Assembly: GCA_963758525.1 (NCBI GenBank)
Contig: CAVWVQ010000003.1
Span: 3,744,001 to 3,808,000 of the forward strand
DNA from: an uncultured Phycisphaerales bacterium
GTDB lineage: Bacteria > Planctomycetota > Phycisphaerae > Tepidisphaerales > Tepidisphaeraceae
Direction of reading: 5' to 3'
Length of the DNA: 64,000 nucleotides
A program made the translations under genes and the position numbers. The notes beneath the pieces are model-generated. The model was not told the DNA's origin, did not search any database, and saw only the letters and a program-made list of their open reading frames with translations. Shown here in pieces: positions 39,816 to 50,565 of the stretch; the stretch's first letter is position 1, and each line of letters begins with the position of its first letter.

Positions 39816-40709
39816 CTAATCGATGGAGCGGGAGTCGCCGCCGGCCCCAACCCCGCCAGTTGCCGGAACGGATTGGATGATCACGTATTGTTTTCGGAAC
39901 TCCACTCCGGCGTGCTCCCATGACTCGACGTATTTGCGCAGGGCGGATTTGCCCTCCTCAAATTCGGCGCCGTTGATTCGGCAATCCGCCTGGGCCGCGC
40001 CATCCTGGTTGCGCATGGCGAAAAGCCGAATGGCGCAAAAATGATCTGATTCCAGTAGCGATTTGAAAGCCTCGATTGATCGGGTCAGCAGACAACAGGG
40101 GCAAAATTGATGTTTGTCCCCGCCGCCGGCAGTTGGCTGGTCGGATGCATTGGGGTGTTGTTGATAGTGTGCCACGGGTCCCAGCACCACTCGACGGTGC
40201 CGCGCGGGCGTCGCGTCCTTCGGTGGAAATGACATCGAGAGAAGCGTCAACTGCTGAGGCTTCTCCCGGAGCGCTTCGACAAAAACAATATAATCAACCT
40301 GCGCCCACTGATCGAACCCCTTGGCGATCGAATCTTCCGCGCTGTCGCCCGTCGAATGTTGAAATTCAAATATCGGCTGAGGAATCAGCGTCGGATGGCT
40401 GATGTGAATCGTCGTGGTGGTCCTGGCTCCGCCAGCGTCCAGCGGCTGAAATCCTTCAACTTTTGGCCGGATGACGAAGCTGCGATCCTCGTCTTCAATG
40501 CGATCCTGGTGGCAAGTCACACGATACCCGCGCTGCCGAAGTACGCGGGCCGCGACCTCGAAGAGATTGAATTGCTCGTTCCAGGTCTCTGTTCCTCGGG
40601 CGTATGCGATCTTGACGTCTCCGGGAGATTTGGTGGTCGCAGCCGGAGCTGCAACCTGCTGTTGCGGTCCAGGTATCGGCCGGGCAGTTTTTTTGAACCA
40701 TCCAAACAT
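39816..40709 (-). CDS. Hypothetical protein, DUF6348-like
   Basis: MFGWFKK start; EFQHSTG, ADCRING, EFRKQYVI. Confidence 0.65.
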   Translation of the reverse strand: MFGWFKKTARPIPGPQQQVAAPAATTKSPGDVKIAYARGTETWNEQFNLFEVAARVLRQRGYRVTCHQDRIEDEDRSFVIRPKVEGFQPLDAGGARTTTTIHISHPTLIPQPIFEFQHSTGDSAEDSIAKGFDQWAQVDYIVFVEALREKPQQLTLLSMSFPPKDATPARHRRVVLGPVAHYQQHPNASDQPTAGGGDKHQFCPCCLLTRSIEAFKSLLESDHFCAIRLFAMRNQDGAAQADCRINGAEFEEGKSALRKYVESWEHAGVEFRKQYVIIQSVPATGGVGAGGDSRSID

Positions 40710-40744
40710 ACAGATCCCGGGCGCGGCGACCGCGTTTGTGACCC

Positions 40745-42856
40745 CTAGACCGCGTAATAATCTTCCGGCACGGTTTCGGTCGGCCGCCAATCCACTTCGC
40801 CGGCCTCGGCTCCCTTGTAGCGAATGAAGATCTCGCCCATCGTCTCCTTGTTCAACTCCGGCTTGGCGTCGTGCGTCCTGGCGATCCATCTGTCGATGGT
40901 CGAGGGATCGAGTTCCCCCGCCTTCACCAGGCCGATGATGAGCACCAGCAGATGTTTGCAGATCGAGCCGCGCAGACCGCCGCAGATGTTGAGGTTCTGG
41001 GTGCAGCAGGCGTATCCGCCGCCCGACTCGATCCGACAGGCGTAAACCAGATCAGCGTCCGTCTGGCTCTTGACCACGCCATTGAGATGCGTTTCGGTGA
41101 CGTCGTTGAAGAGTTGGAATCGCTCGGCCTTGAGCATTTTCGTTGCTTTATCGATTTTCGCCTTGTCTGCGCGAAGCTCGAGCGCTTTGAGGAATGTTGC
41201 GATGTCGGTGACTTGGCCGATCTCTTTGGCAATCTGCTTTGCGATGATTCTCTTGGCGGTCGCCTGCTGTTGTTCCGCGAGCTTTTTGACCTTCTCGCGT
41301 CGCTCGCGATCGATGGCTTTCTGCTCCTGCAGTTGCTCTCGGCGCGCTTTCGCTGCCGCCGCAAGTTCCTTCTCACCCGGAAGGGGCTGCGCGAAAGCCT
41401 CGGAAATTCCTTTCAGGACGAGCTCGCGAAGTTCCTTTCCGGCCTTGGGCGATTTGCTGGTTTCGATGTCCAGTGTTTCGAAACGAACCTGGCGATTCGT
41501 CAGCATATTGGCCAGAAGCAGCATCGAAGCGGAAAAGGTCGTGCTCGTCTGCCGCGCGAGTCGCCCGGCCAGGAGCGTTTGGGGAATCCGCAGCGCCCAG
41601 CCGTACTTCAATCGTGCGGTGTCGAGTCCGACTTCCTCCCCTTCGTCCGCTGCGTCCGTTCGAACGCGAAACGTCAGGCATATCCGCCGTGCCTGTTGTG
41701 CCAATGCGTCCAATTCCTTGAGGGCGGGACCAACCGCTCCCGCGGGAGCTGCGGCAGGATTGTAGTTTGTTGCGTTCTTCAGGTTGACGCCGTGAAGCTT
41801 CGCGCCTCTGAGGTTGCACTCCGTCAAGTCCGCGGCGTCGAAGCGGGAGTTGGTCAGGTCCGTGTCCGCGAAGTTGGCGCGCACGCAACTTGCGCCGCTA
41901 AAGTTGGAATCCGGCATGCCGCAGCCGACGAACGTGACTCTGTCCAGATTGGCATTGCGGAAGCTTGCCGCGGTGAACGTGCATAAGTTGAACACGCTGT
42001 CGGAGAGGTTGGCGCCATCGAAGTCTGGGGATTTCAGCGACAGGTTCAGAAACTTCGCCAGCCGCACGGAGGTTCCCGCAAAGACACAGCCGGTTGTGTG
42101 CAGTTCCTGAGCGGCCGTCAGGCCGTACATGGATCGCGTCAACGAGGCCTTATGGAGCATCGCGCCAGTGAAGTCTGCAGACGTCAGGCTTCCCTGAAAT
42201 CGGGCGCCTTCCAGGTCTGTCTTGTGAAATCGGCTGCCCTGCACGTCCACAAACGCCGCGCCCACCGCGTCGGCTCTGCTGAAATCGCAATTCCTGGCAG
42301 AAGCGAAGCTGGCGTTGCCCAGCTTAGAGCGGGCAAAGCTGCATTGCTCAAAGCCGATGGAGCCGAAGTCGAATCCCGGCAGTTCCAAATTGTCGAAGTT
42401 CTCGCCGGCAAACGTGAAAAGCGGCGCAAAGGTTTGATGGGGATAACGCAACTGTCGAGCGTCAGCCCCAACGGCTTTCTTGAACAGATCGGCGTTCGCT
42501 TTTCCGCCGCGAATGAGCAAAAGCGCCTCCTCTTCGGTTGGCACAACCATTTTCTCAAATGCATCGGCGTCGATTGTCTGTATCCCCGCGCCGTTCGCGT
42601 TTAGCGATAGCGCGAGCTTCTGGATGGTTTTCCCTCCGCTTAAATCCCTCAAAACCAGAAAATCCGCCGACTCGTCGAGTTCCTCAACAACAACCCCTTG
42701 CTGCGCGTCGACCATCCCTGTCAGTCGTTCCTTCACTCCATGATCGAACTTCCCGTTGAAGAACACCTTCTTCCCAAGCAGACGCGTCAGCACCGGCGGG
42801 AGGGCTTGCTCCTTCGGTGCGGGATTTGGATTCGCTGCCTTCTTCATTTTCCCCAC
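40745..42856 (-). CDS. BRCT + pentapeptide-repeat + SWIM zinc-finger multidomain protein
   Basis: GKKVFFNGKF...DFLV (BRCT-like); A(D/N)LxxAxF repeats; YACCTQNLNICGGLRGSICKHL. Confidence 0.78.
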   Translation of the reverse strand: MGKMKKAANPNPAPKEQALPPVLTRLLGKKVFFNGKFDHGVKERLTGMVDAQQGVVVEELDESADFLVLRDLSGGKTIQKLALSLNANGAGIQTIDADAFEKMVVPTEEEALLLIRGGKANADLFKKAVGADARQLRYPHQTFAPLFTFAGENFDNLELPGFDFGSIGFEQCSFARSKLGNASFASARNCDFSRADAVGAAFVDVQGSRFHKTDLEGARFQGSLTSADFTGAMLHKASLTRSMYGLTAAQELHTTGCVFAGTSVRLAKFLNLSLKSPDFDGANLSDSVFNLCTFTAASFRNANLDRVTFVGCGMPDSNFSGASCVRANFADTDLTNSRFDAADLTECNLRGAKLHGVNLKNATNYNPAAAPAGAVGPALKELDALAQQARRICLTFRVRTDAADEGEEVGLDTARLKYGWALRIPQTLLAGRLARQTSTTFSASMLLLANMLTNRQVRFETLDIETSKSPKAGKELRELVLKGISEAFAQPLPGEKELAAAAKARREQLQEQKAIDRERREKVKKLAEQQQATAKRIIAKQIAKEIGQVTDIATFLKALELRADKAKIDKATKMLKAERFQLFNDVTETHLNGVVKSQTDADLVYACRIESGGGYACCTQNLNICGGLRGSICKHLLVLIIGLVKAGELDPSTIDRWIARTHDAKPELNKETMGEIFIRYKGAEAGEVDWRPTETVPEDYYAV

Positions 42857-42859
42857 ATT

Positions 42860-44332
42860 TCACCCCTTGGCCGGCGCCCAGCCTTTGACGATGTTCTCAG
42901 CCTTCATCCCTATGAGCAAAGCCTCAATCTGCTCGCGCGAATTGCTCACGCGAATATCCCGGTCGATCGGTGTCGCGCGATTGGGACTGAAATCGGTGAA
43001 ATACGCGACATATGCCGGGAAATTGCCGCCTTCGGATTCCTTGTTGGTTTTCCAGAGCAGCAGCTTGCGGACCATCAGGTTGCCCTTGATGGTTTTCGTG
43101 AAGACCTCGCGCTGGAGCATCTGGCTTTTGGGAAGCGAAAGCTGCCGGGCGTCGCGATCGATCATCGCGACTTCGGTGATCTCGTGCACCTGATGCAGGC
43201 GAAGGTCCTGATGGCGAATCGTCTTGTCCTCGCGACGACGCACGAAGTTGGGCGAGATCGGGCTGGCCAGCGGAAGCCGCCGGATGGACTGATACATGTT
43301 GCGCGGCATGTCGTAGCCGAGCACCATCCGGTCGATGCTTCCGCCGCGCGTGGTCTGGCTGATCAGATCGAGGCAGGAGATTTCGATCACCCATTCGGGA
43401 CGGACCATCTGGTAAGCGACCGACTCGTTCACCTCGGCGTAGTCACTGTGGGCGGCCATGTCTTTGAGATCGCTGAGCCAGGCGCGCCGCTCGTCTTCGC
43501 TGATCCCGCCGCCGACGCGGCCCAGGATGTGGAAGCTGCTGTCCTGCCGCATCAGTCCGACGAGCATGTCGTGAATCATTCCCACGCGATCGTCCACGCC
43601 TTCGGTAAATCCCAGCACGGCCACGTCGAGCGAGATGCGCGGCTTGATCTTGAACAACCCGCCGCTGTCGGAGCGAACGACCAGACCCTCGCCGCCTTCC
43701 TCATCAACCCACTTGGCGAAACGTTGCATCACGTCGTCGACCGTTTTGGCCCTCGCGGTTTCCACGGGGTGGATCTTCTTGCCCGACTTGAAAGTTGCTT
43801 CGATTTTTTTGTGGACTTCGGCATATGCCGTCGGAGCGGATTTGTCGTCGATTTCATGAATGTCGAAGACGGCAAACTGCAGCAGGTCAAGCTCGGCTTG
43901 CGATTCGGGTTGGCGGGCGACGCGGGAAACATCGTGCACGCGCGGGCGGCGATCCGTCCGGGCAACGTATAACTCGCCGGCCAGGATCATCTTTTTGTGC
44001 TTTGTTTTGCCGAGCAGGGCGACCGCTTCCTGCATGAACGGCAATCCCGTCCGCACGACCCCGCCGGGATTGACCGAGCAGCAGTGGTCGCCGTCGATGA
44101 CCAGCAGCGTGAATTCCCCATCGACCTTTCGGCTGACAAAATAGTCGCAGGCGGGCAACTTCTCCTTCGCCGACGCCCGATCCAGCGCCATCATCTGTGC
44201 CGCCAGCTTGCGGCGGCATTCCTGGGCCTTGAGCGGGATAAACGGATCGGCCATGCATTGCGCTTTGCCGACGCCGTAGGTGCCAAAGAGCATCTGCAGG
44301 CGCGAGGTGTCGAGGAGCGTGTTGGTCGCCAT
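42860..44332 (-). CDS. Divergent ATP-dependent DNA ligase with C-terminal WGR-like domain
   Basis: SRKVDGE, AGELY, FAVFDI, EGLVVR, FKIKP, PEWVIEI, PNFVRRREDK; tail ends ...KAENIVKGW. Confidence 0.78.
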   Translation of the reverse strand: MATNTLLDTSRLQMLFGTYGVGKAQCMADPFIPLKAQECRRKLAAQMMALDRASAKEKLPACDYFVSRKVDGEFTLLVIDGDHCCSVNPGGVVRTGLPFMQEAVALLGKTKHKKMILAGELYVARTDRRPRVHDVSRVARQPESQAELDLLQFAVFDIHEIDDKSAPTAYAEVHKKIEATFKSGKKIHPVETARAKTVDDVMQRFAKWVDEEGGEGLVVRSDSGGLFKIKPRISLDVAVLGFTEGVDDRVGMIHDMLVGLMRQDSSFHILGRVGGGISEDERRAWLSDLKDMAAHSDYAEVNESVAYQMVRPEWVIEISCLDLISQTTRGGSIDRMVLGYDMPRNMYQSIRRLPLASPISPNFVRRREDKTIRHQDLRLHQVHEITEVAMIDRDARQLSLPKSQMLQREVFTKTIKGNLMVRKLLLWKTNKESEGGNFPAYVAYFTDFSPNRATPIDRDIRVSNSREQIEALLIGMKAENIVKGWAPAKG

Positions 44333-44335
44333 TGG

Positions 44336-45055
44336 TTACTCGCTGGTTTGCGGCCGCGCCTCGGCGGCCTTGAGTTCCATGTTGGAGAGGTGGAGGATCA
44401 GGCAATAGTTTTCCGCCTGCGTGCGTCCCTCCAGGAATCCGCGAAACTGCTGCCCGCCGCGAGTGAGGATCAGCGGATGATTCCCCTTGGGCCCGGCGCC
44501 GATAGCCATGAGGCTGTCGGTTTGCTCCAGTTCCCTGGCCATTGCGAAGAGGAAGTCGTAGGTGAGTCCGTTGACGTGAACGATCTGCCGTTTTCCCGCG
44601 AAGACAAACTTGTTGTAAACGTCCTTCTTCTTCATCAGTTTGCCGGACCACTTCAGCGGCGTTTCCCCGGCGCAGTTGGCCTGGGCGACCTTCCGCGGAC
44701 GCCGTTCGCGCTCGGTGCCGTCCGGATTCCGAATCACCTCAAATTGCTTCACCTTGTGAACGATCTTCCCGTCGGCGTCGATGAAGACCCGGCTGGTCTC
44801 CCTCAGCGTTGATCCAAAAGTTTCGATGTCGACATCCGGATCGCCGTCGATCAGAAGCTGTGCGATTTTGTCTCGCCCGCCGGCTTTCGCTTCGAGTGCC
44901 GCCAGATCATGCGCCGCATGCGCTTTCATCAGCCGGCACGACTGAATCTGCCGCCCCTGCTCGTCGAGCCAGCGCACCTTCGCCGGCTTCAAAACGCTCT
45001 GCGCACCCACCACCGCATCGCGTCCTTTGCTGTTGGCTATATTAATCGTTCCCAT
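44336..45055 (-). CDS. Hypothetical protein, Ku-like (by-eye similarity)
   Basis: KVRWLDEQGRQIQSCR; TYDFLFAMARELEQTDSLMAIG...YCLILHLSNMELK follows the Ku core pattern. Confidence 0.55.
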   Translation of the reverse strand: MGTINIANSKGRDAVVGAQSVLKPAKVRWLDEQGRQIQSCRLMKAHAAHDLAALEAKAGGRDKIAQLLIDGDPDVDIETFGSTLRETSRVFIDADGKIVHKVKQFEVIRNPDGTERERRPRKVAQANCAGETPLKWSGKLMKKKDVYNKFVFAGKRQIVHVNGLTYDFLFAMARELEQTDSLMAIGAGPKGNHPLILTRGGQQFRGFLEGRTQAENYCLILHLSNMELKAAEARPQTSE

Positions 45056-45103
45056 GTCCGCTCGCTCTTGCCTTCGTGCCTCCGTGCCTCCGTGCCTTCC
45101 CCC

Positions 45104-45718
45104 CTACATCATCCCGAAATCCATCGCCTCTTCATCCTCCGCTGTCGTGTCTTCGTCGCCGCTGATGGCGGCGCTTTGGTCGAAGCCAACGAACTCGAGT
45201 TTCGTGGGCGATCCCACCGCGAGAAACGGCGTTCCATCCGCGGCGAGCAGGAGAAAGCCGGTGTCGGCCTCCAGGCCGCCGCGGAACGAATAGGGGAACT
45301 GATAAATCGTCCCTTTTTTCAGTTCTGCCAGAAGCCCGCCGAAGTCTGCTTCGCAACTGATCTGATAGACCGACCGTATGTCGTGACTGAGATACTCTTC
45401 GATCGTCGCGGTCTTTTCCACCACGACTGGCGCGGCGTAAGAGGAACTGACCGGCACGATGCGGCTTCCCTGATTGTCAGTGGGAATCAGCGTCTTCTTT
45501 TCAACCCAATGCCCTTCGGGCGAGAGGGTGACCAGCGCCGTCCCGCCCGAAAAGATGACGCTCTTGCCGTCGTCGGCCAACGTCGCCAAGGTGCATTTGC
45601 GGCCCTTCTCGTCGAGCGTTTCGATCTCGACAGAGCCGTACAAGTCGGATCGCTCGACTCGGTTCAACGCAAACGGCAACTCAACTCCCCCGAAAGCCAA
45701 TATGAGCGGCTTAGCCAT
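45104..45718 (-). CDS. Hypothetical protein, Ku-like (by-eye similarity), acidic tail
   Basis: LILAFGGVELPFALNRV vs Ku GsIsFGLVnIPvkL; VEKTATIEEYLSHDIRSVYQI vs Ku iei.dFv...eIdpiyf...Yyl. Confidence 0.55.
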   Translation of the reverse strand: MAKPLILAFGGVELPFALNRVERSDLYGSVEIETLDEKGRKCTLATLADDGKSVIFSGGTALVTLSPEGHWVEKKTLIPTDNQGSRIVPVSSSYAAPVVVEKTATIEEYLSHDIRSVYQISCEADFGGLLAELKKGTIYQFPYSFRGGLEADTGFLLLAADGTPFLAVGSPTKLEFVGFDQSAAISGDEDTTAEDEEAMDFGMM

Positions 45719-45883
45719 GATTCATAGATTGAAGCGATCAAGCGGGACGGAGTCAACGGTTCCCAAGTTCATCTCTTCACATGCAGCATGATCGGCTGTT
45801 GATCGCGCCAGATCGAAAGATCGCAGGAGGCCCCGTTCCGCGGCCGATTGTACCAGCAGCTCGTTTGCAGTTATGGCAGGCTG

Positions 45884-47359
45884 CTACGCCATCAGCGGCC
45901 TAACGACGTTCCCATGAACGTCGGTCAGACGGAAGTCACGGCCCTGAAACTTGAACGTCAGGCGTTCGTGGTTGATCCCGAGGCAGGCCAGCAGAGTGGC
46001 ATTGAAGTCGTAGACCTCGACGGGATCTTTGACGATGTTGTAGCAGTAGTCGTCGGTCTGGCCGTAGGTGAAGCCGCTCTTGAGCCCGCCGCCGGCCGCC
46101 CACATCGTGAAGCAACGACCGTGATGATCGCGGCCGTAATTGTCCTTGGACAGCGATCCCTGACTATAGATGGTCCGCCCGAACTCGCCGCCCCAGACGA
46201 CGAGCGTGTCGTCCAGCAGGCCGCGTTGTTTGAGGTCTTTGACCAGGGCGGCGGTGGGCAGGTCGACATCCTTGCATTGTCCGCGGATCTGGCTGGGCAG
46301 ATTGCTGTGCTGGTCCCAGCCGCGATGCATCAGTTGCACGAATCGCACGCCGCGCTCGGCCATCCGCCGGGCGAGCAGGCAGTTTCTCGCGTATCCGCCA
46401 TCGACGGCGTTGTTGCCGGTTTCGTCCAGTCCGTATGCTTCCAGCGTGGCCTTGGATTCCTGCGAGAGGTCCGTCAGATCCGGCACGCTGCTCTGCATCC
46501 GATAGGCCATCTCATATTGCGCGATTCGCGTGCTGATCTCGGGATCTCCAAAGGCGTTGGCAGCGATGTGATTCAGCTTCGCCTCGGCGTCCAGCATGGT
46601 CCGCCGGTCTGTCTTGGAGACGCCGGGAGGGTCGGAGAGATAGAGGACGGGGTCCCCGCCGGAGCGAAGCCGCACGCCCTGATACTGACTCGGCAGAAAA
46701 CCTGATCCCCACAATCTCGAGAAGATTGGCTGGTCGGTCTTGTTGCCGCTCCCCTGGCTGATGAGAACGACGAAGCCCGGCAGATTTTGATTCTCGCTCC
46801 CCAGGCCGTAGCTGAGCCACGCCCCCATGCTTGGGCGGCCCGGCTGCTGCGAGCCGGTCTGGAGAAAGGTGATGGCCGGGTCGTGATTGATGGCTTCAGT
46901 GTTCAAACTTTTCACCAGGCAGATGTCGTCGACGATCGACGCGGTATGCGGAAGCAATTCGCTGAGCCAGGTGCCGCTCTGACCATGTTGTTTGAACTTG
47001 AATATTGGCGCGGCACACGGAAAAGACGCCTGCCCGCTGGACATTCCGGTGAGGCGCTGGCCCCCGCGAATTCTGGCCGGGAGTTCGGTGCCGTTGAGCT
47101 TTTGCAGGCTCGGCTTGTAGTCGAACAGATCGATGTGAGACGGCCCGCCGCTCATCACCATGTAAATGACGCGCTTGGCCGTCGGCGCAAAGTGCGGAGC
47201 GGCGAACGTTCCGCCCGCGCCGGTTGGCTGGAGATTCTGCGCGCCGAAGAGCTCGGGATTGAGGAGCGAGGCCAGGGCGGCGGCGCCGATACCGGTCGCC
47301 GTGCGGCCGAAAAGTTGCCGGCGTGTCAGAAGCAATTGATGTTGTCGTTGAAGGTCCAT
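45884..47359 (-). CDS. DUF1501 family protein (Tat signal)
   Basis: [44 protein letters not shown]. Confidence 0.9.
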   Translation of the reverse strand: MDLQRQHQLLLTRRQLFGRTATGIGAAALASLLNPELFGAQNLQPTGAGGTFAAPHFAPTAKRVIYMVMSGGPSHIDLFDYKPSLQKLNGTELPARIRGGQRLTGMSSGQASFPCAAPIFKFKQHGQSGTWLSELLPHTASIVDDICLVKSLNTEAINHDPAITFLQTGSQQPGRPSMGAWLSYGLGSENQNLPGFVVLISQGSGNKTDQPIFSRLWGSGFLPSQYQGVRLRSGGDPVLYLSDPPGVSKTDRRTMLDAEAKLNHIAANAFGDPEISTRIAQYEMAYRMQSSVPDLTDLSQESKATLEAYGLDETGNNAVDGGYARNCLLARRMAERGVRFVQLMHRGWDQHSNLPSQIRGQCKDVDLPTAALVKDLKQRGLLDDTLVVWGGEFGRTIYSQGSLSKDNYGRDHHGRCFTMWAAGGGLKSGFTYGQTDDYCYNIVKDPVEVYDFNATLLACLGINHERLTFKFQGRDFRLTDVHGNVVRPLMA

Positions 47360-47377
47360 GTACTCCCGCTCTTTCGC

Positions 47378-50300
47378 TCAACTTTTCGTCACCGCTTCAT
47401 CCAGGTTCAAAATCACGCTGACCACGTTGGTCCATGCGGCCAGTTCCGGCACGTTGAGCGTCGCATCGCGCTTCGATTCACCGACGCGCAGCAGTTTGTC
47501 GGCGGCGGCCGGATCATTTTGATAACGCGCCAGTTCGCGATCGAACACATCCCTAAGCACGGAAGTCTCTTCGGCAGTGGGCTTGCGGCACAGCACCAAC
47601 CGGAAGCTCAATGCGATCCGCTCGTCGCCGGACATGCTGGCTTCGTGCATCATCCGCTCTGCGATTTTGCGGCTGGCTTCGACGTATGTCGGATCGTTCA
47701 TCAGCACCAGCGCCTGCAGCGGCGTGTTGGTGCGGCCCCGGCGGACGGTGCAACCCTCGCGGTCAGGGGCGTCAAAGGTCGAAAGCGACGGAGGCGGGCA
47801 AGTTCTTTTCCAAAACGTGTACATCGTCCGGCGATACAGGTCTGGTCCATGGCTTTGCGAATAAGTCTGCGCCGTGAATTTTTCGCCGTCATTGCGGCTC
47901 ATCAACTCTTCCCAAAGTCCGCTGGGCTGATAGGGGCTGACGCTCGCGCCGCCGATGCGCCCGTCGAGCAGGCCGCTGGCGGCCAGGGCCTGATCGCGAA
48001 TGAATTCCGCCTGCAATCGAAAACGCGGGCCGCGCGCGAGCAGTCGGTTTTCCGGATCGCGCTCGTTCAGCTCAGGAGTGACAACCGATGACTGTCGATA
48101 GGTCGAACTGGTCACCATCAACCGGACCATATGACGAAGATCCCATCCTGCGCTTGTGCCGGGCGGACCGTCTCGGAATTCAACAGCGAGCCAGTCGAGT
48201 AACTCAGGATGGCTCGGCAACTCGCCTTGAGCACCGAAATCCTCGGCGGTCTTCACCAGCCCTGTCCCGAAAAACATTTGCCAGTATCGATTGATCGTGA
48301 CCCGTGCCGTCAGCGGATGGCTGGGATCGACCAGCCAGCGCACAGACCGAGTCGATTCTTCGGCTGACCCTGCGGCATGGGCGGGAGAAATGCCGGCAGG
48401 TCGGGAGTGACCACGTCCCCGTGTTTGTCATATTGGCCGCGAAGAAGAATGTACGATGTTCTCGGCTGATCCATTTCCTCCATGACCATGGTGCTTGGAA
48501 TGGTTTGTTCGAGGTTCTCACGCTGCTTTTTCAGACGCGCCAATTCGACCGCATACCCGTGGCCTTCGGGCCAAATCGTCTGGCGGTAGTAATCCCGCAC
48601 GGCTGCCGCCTGGGCGTCGGTGCGGCTCGCAGGCGCAACCTTCAACGCGGCAGCGACATCCTTGGGAAGCGTCTGCCGCTTCGCGGGCGGGAGCGAATCG
48701 CTGACGCTCAGGCGGAATCGCCCCAGTTGATGCTGGCGGAATTGGGACTGAAACTCCAGTCGCAACGCGAGTCGATTGACATGACCCAGCGGCTGAGTGA
48801 GTTCGAAGATCGCCTCGTGCGGCTTTCCCACCTCTGGATAAATGGCCCATCCCGCGCCAGCGGCGCCCTTCACGGCACTCCCAACCGGGTAACTGTCCTG
48901 GCTGAAATCAGCAGTCGCGCGGTGAAACGACAGATCCACGCTCGGCCCCGAAACGGGATCGACGCTGCCGCGGAATCCCGTCAGCACAAAATTGCCATTG
49001 GAGGAACGTCCTGGGCCGCTTTGCTCCAGGGTGCTGTCCGGCAGCGCTTCGAGGCGGATTGCCGCGATCTTTGCCAGGCCCACGGGGGCGGTGACCAGGT
49101 AGGTATCGGTTGCGGTGGCCGGGCCGGTGACGGCAACGCTTCCGTCTTTCTCCTGCGCGAAATATGCCCCGCCCGTGGACTTCATCTCCGACGGGTTCAG
49201 AACGGTCCAGTTTGCCTTCTCGTGACCATTGGCCAGCTTCTCCCACGCGGCCTGCAATGCGGCAAGTTCGGGGGACGGCGCACTGAGCTTTTTGTTCAAC
49301 TCCGCTTCAGCCGCGTCGAGCTGTTTGAGCTGCGACGTTTGCTCCGCAGTGGGGGTCTGCAGCAGCGGCCAGGCGTTTCCGTGGGCGCCGTCCAGACCCT
49401 TCTCGGGCACATTGTTAAAGAACGCAAAAAGCTGATAAAACTCTTTTTGCGTGACCGGGTCGAACTTGTGATCGTGACACTGGGCGCAGCCGACGGTCAG
49501 CCCCATGAAGACAGTGCCGGTGGTATTCACCCGGTCGATGACATAGGCGGTGTGATATTCATCGGGGATGGCGCCGCCTTCGAAGTTGACCATGTTGTTG
49601 CGCACGAAGCCGGTCGCAATTTTCTGGTCGTTCGTGGAATGGGGGAGCAAATCCCCGGCAAGCTGCTCCACGATGAACTGATCGAAAGGCTTGTTGGCGG
49701 CAAAGGCATTGATGACCCAGTCGCGCCAGTGGGTCTGATCGCGACCGCTGTCGATGTGGTAGCCGTGCGTGTCGGCATATCGCGCCGCATCCAGCCACTC
49801 GGTGGCCAGCCGTTCGCCGTGGCGCGGCGAGGCCAGCAGCCGATCCACTATCTTCTCGTACGCATCGGGTGAGGCATCAGCGACAAAGGCGTCCACCTCC
49901 GCCGGCGTGGGAGGAAGCCCGGTGAGATCCAGTGTCACCCGCCGAATGAGAGTGACCTTGTCCGCCTCCGCGGACGGATGCAGTCCTTCGCGGTGGAGTC
50001 GATCGAGCACGAAAGCGTCGATCGGATTTCGCACCCATCGCGTGTCGGCCGCGTCACTGAACTGCGGCGTCGCCGGGCGCTGCGGCGGAATGAACGCCCA
50101 ATGCGGCTGCCAGGGCGCACCCTCTTCAATCCAGTGCTTGATCAGGCCCATCTCAGCGGCGGAGAGTTTCTTGCCGGAATTGGGCGGCGGCATCATCTCG
50201 TCGGGATCCTGCGAGAAGATCCGACGCGCGATCTGGCTCTGGTCCGGCTTGCCGGGAACGACCGGGCTTCCATCCTTGAGCGGCGAAAACAGCCCATCCT

Positions 50301-50487
50301 TTTTGTCCAGCCGCAAATCGGCCTTGCGTCGATGGCTGTCCGGGCCATGACACATGTAGCAATTCGCCGACAAAACCGGCCGGATGTCGCGATTGAACAA
50401 AACGGCGGCTTCGTTGCCAGCCACCAGCGGACCGCTGCAGACAATGACCAGAGGGCAGAGAATTCTGAAAATCATGCGTTTATTCAT
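47378..50487 (-). CDS. PSD1/planctomycete cytochrome-c domain protein (DUF1549/DUF1553); frameshift near 48341
   Basis: [25 protein letters not shown] in ORF 48310..50487; [19 protein letters not shown] in ORF 47378..48343. Confidence 0.88.
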
Positions 50488-50565
50488 CGATCATGTCCGG
50501 GTCCGATGCTCCGGGCAATTTATATACGTGAGATATAAATCGGTGTTTCCGAAAAATCGCACAGT

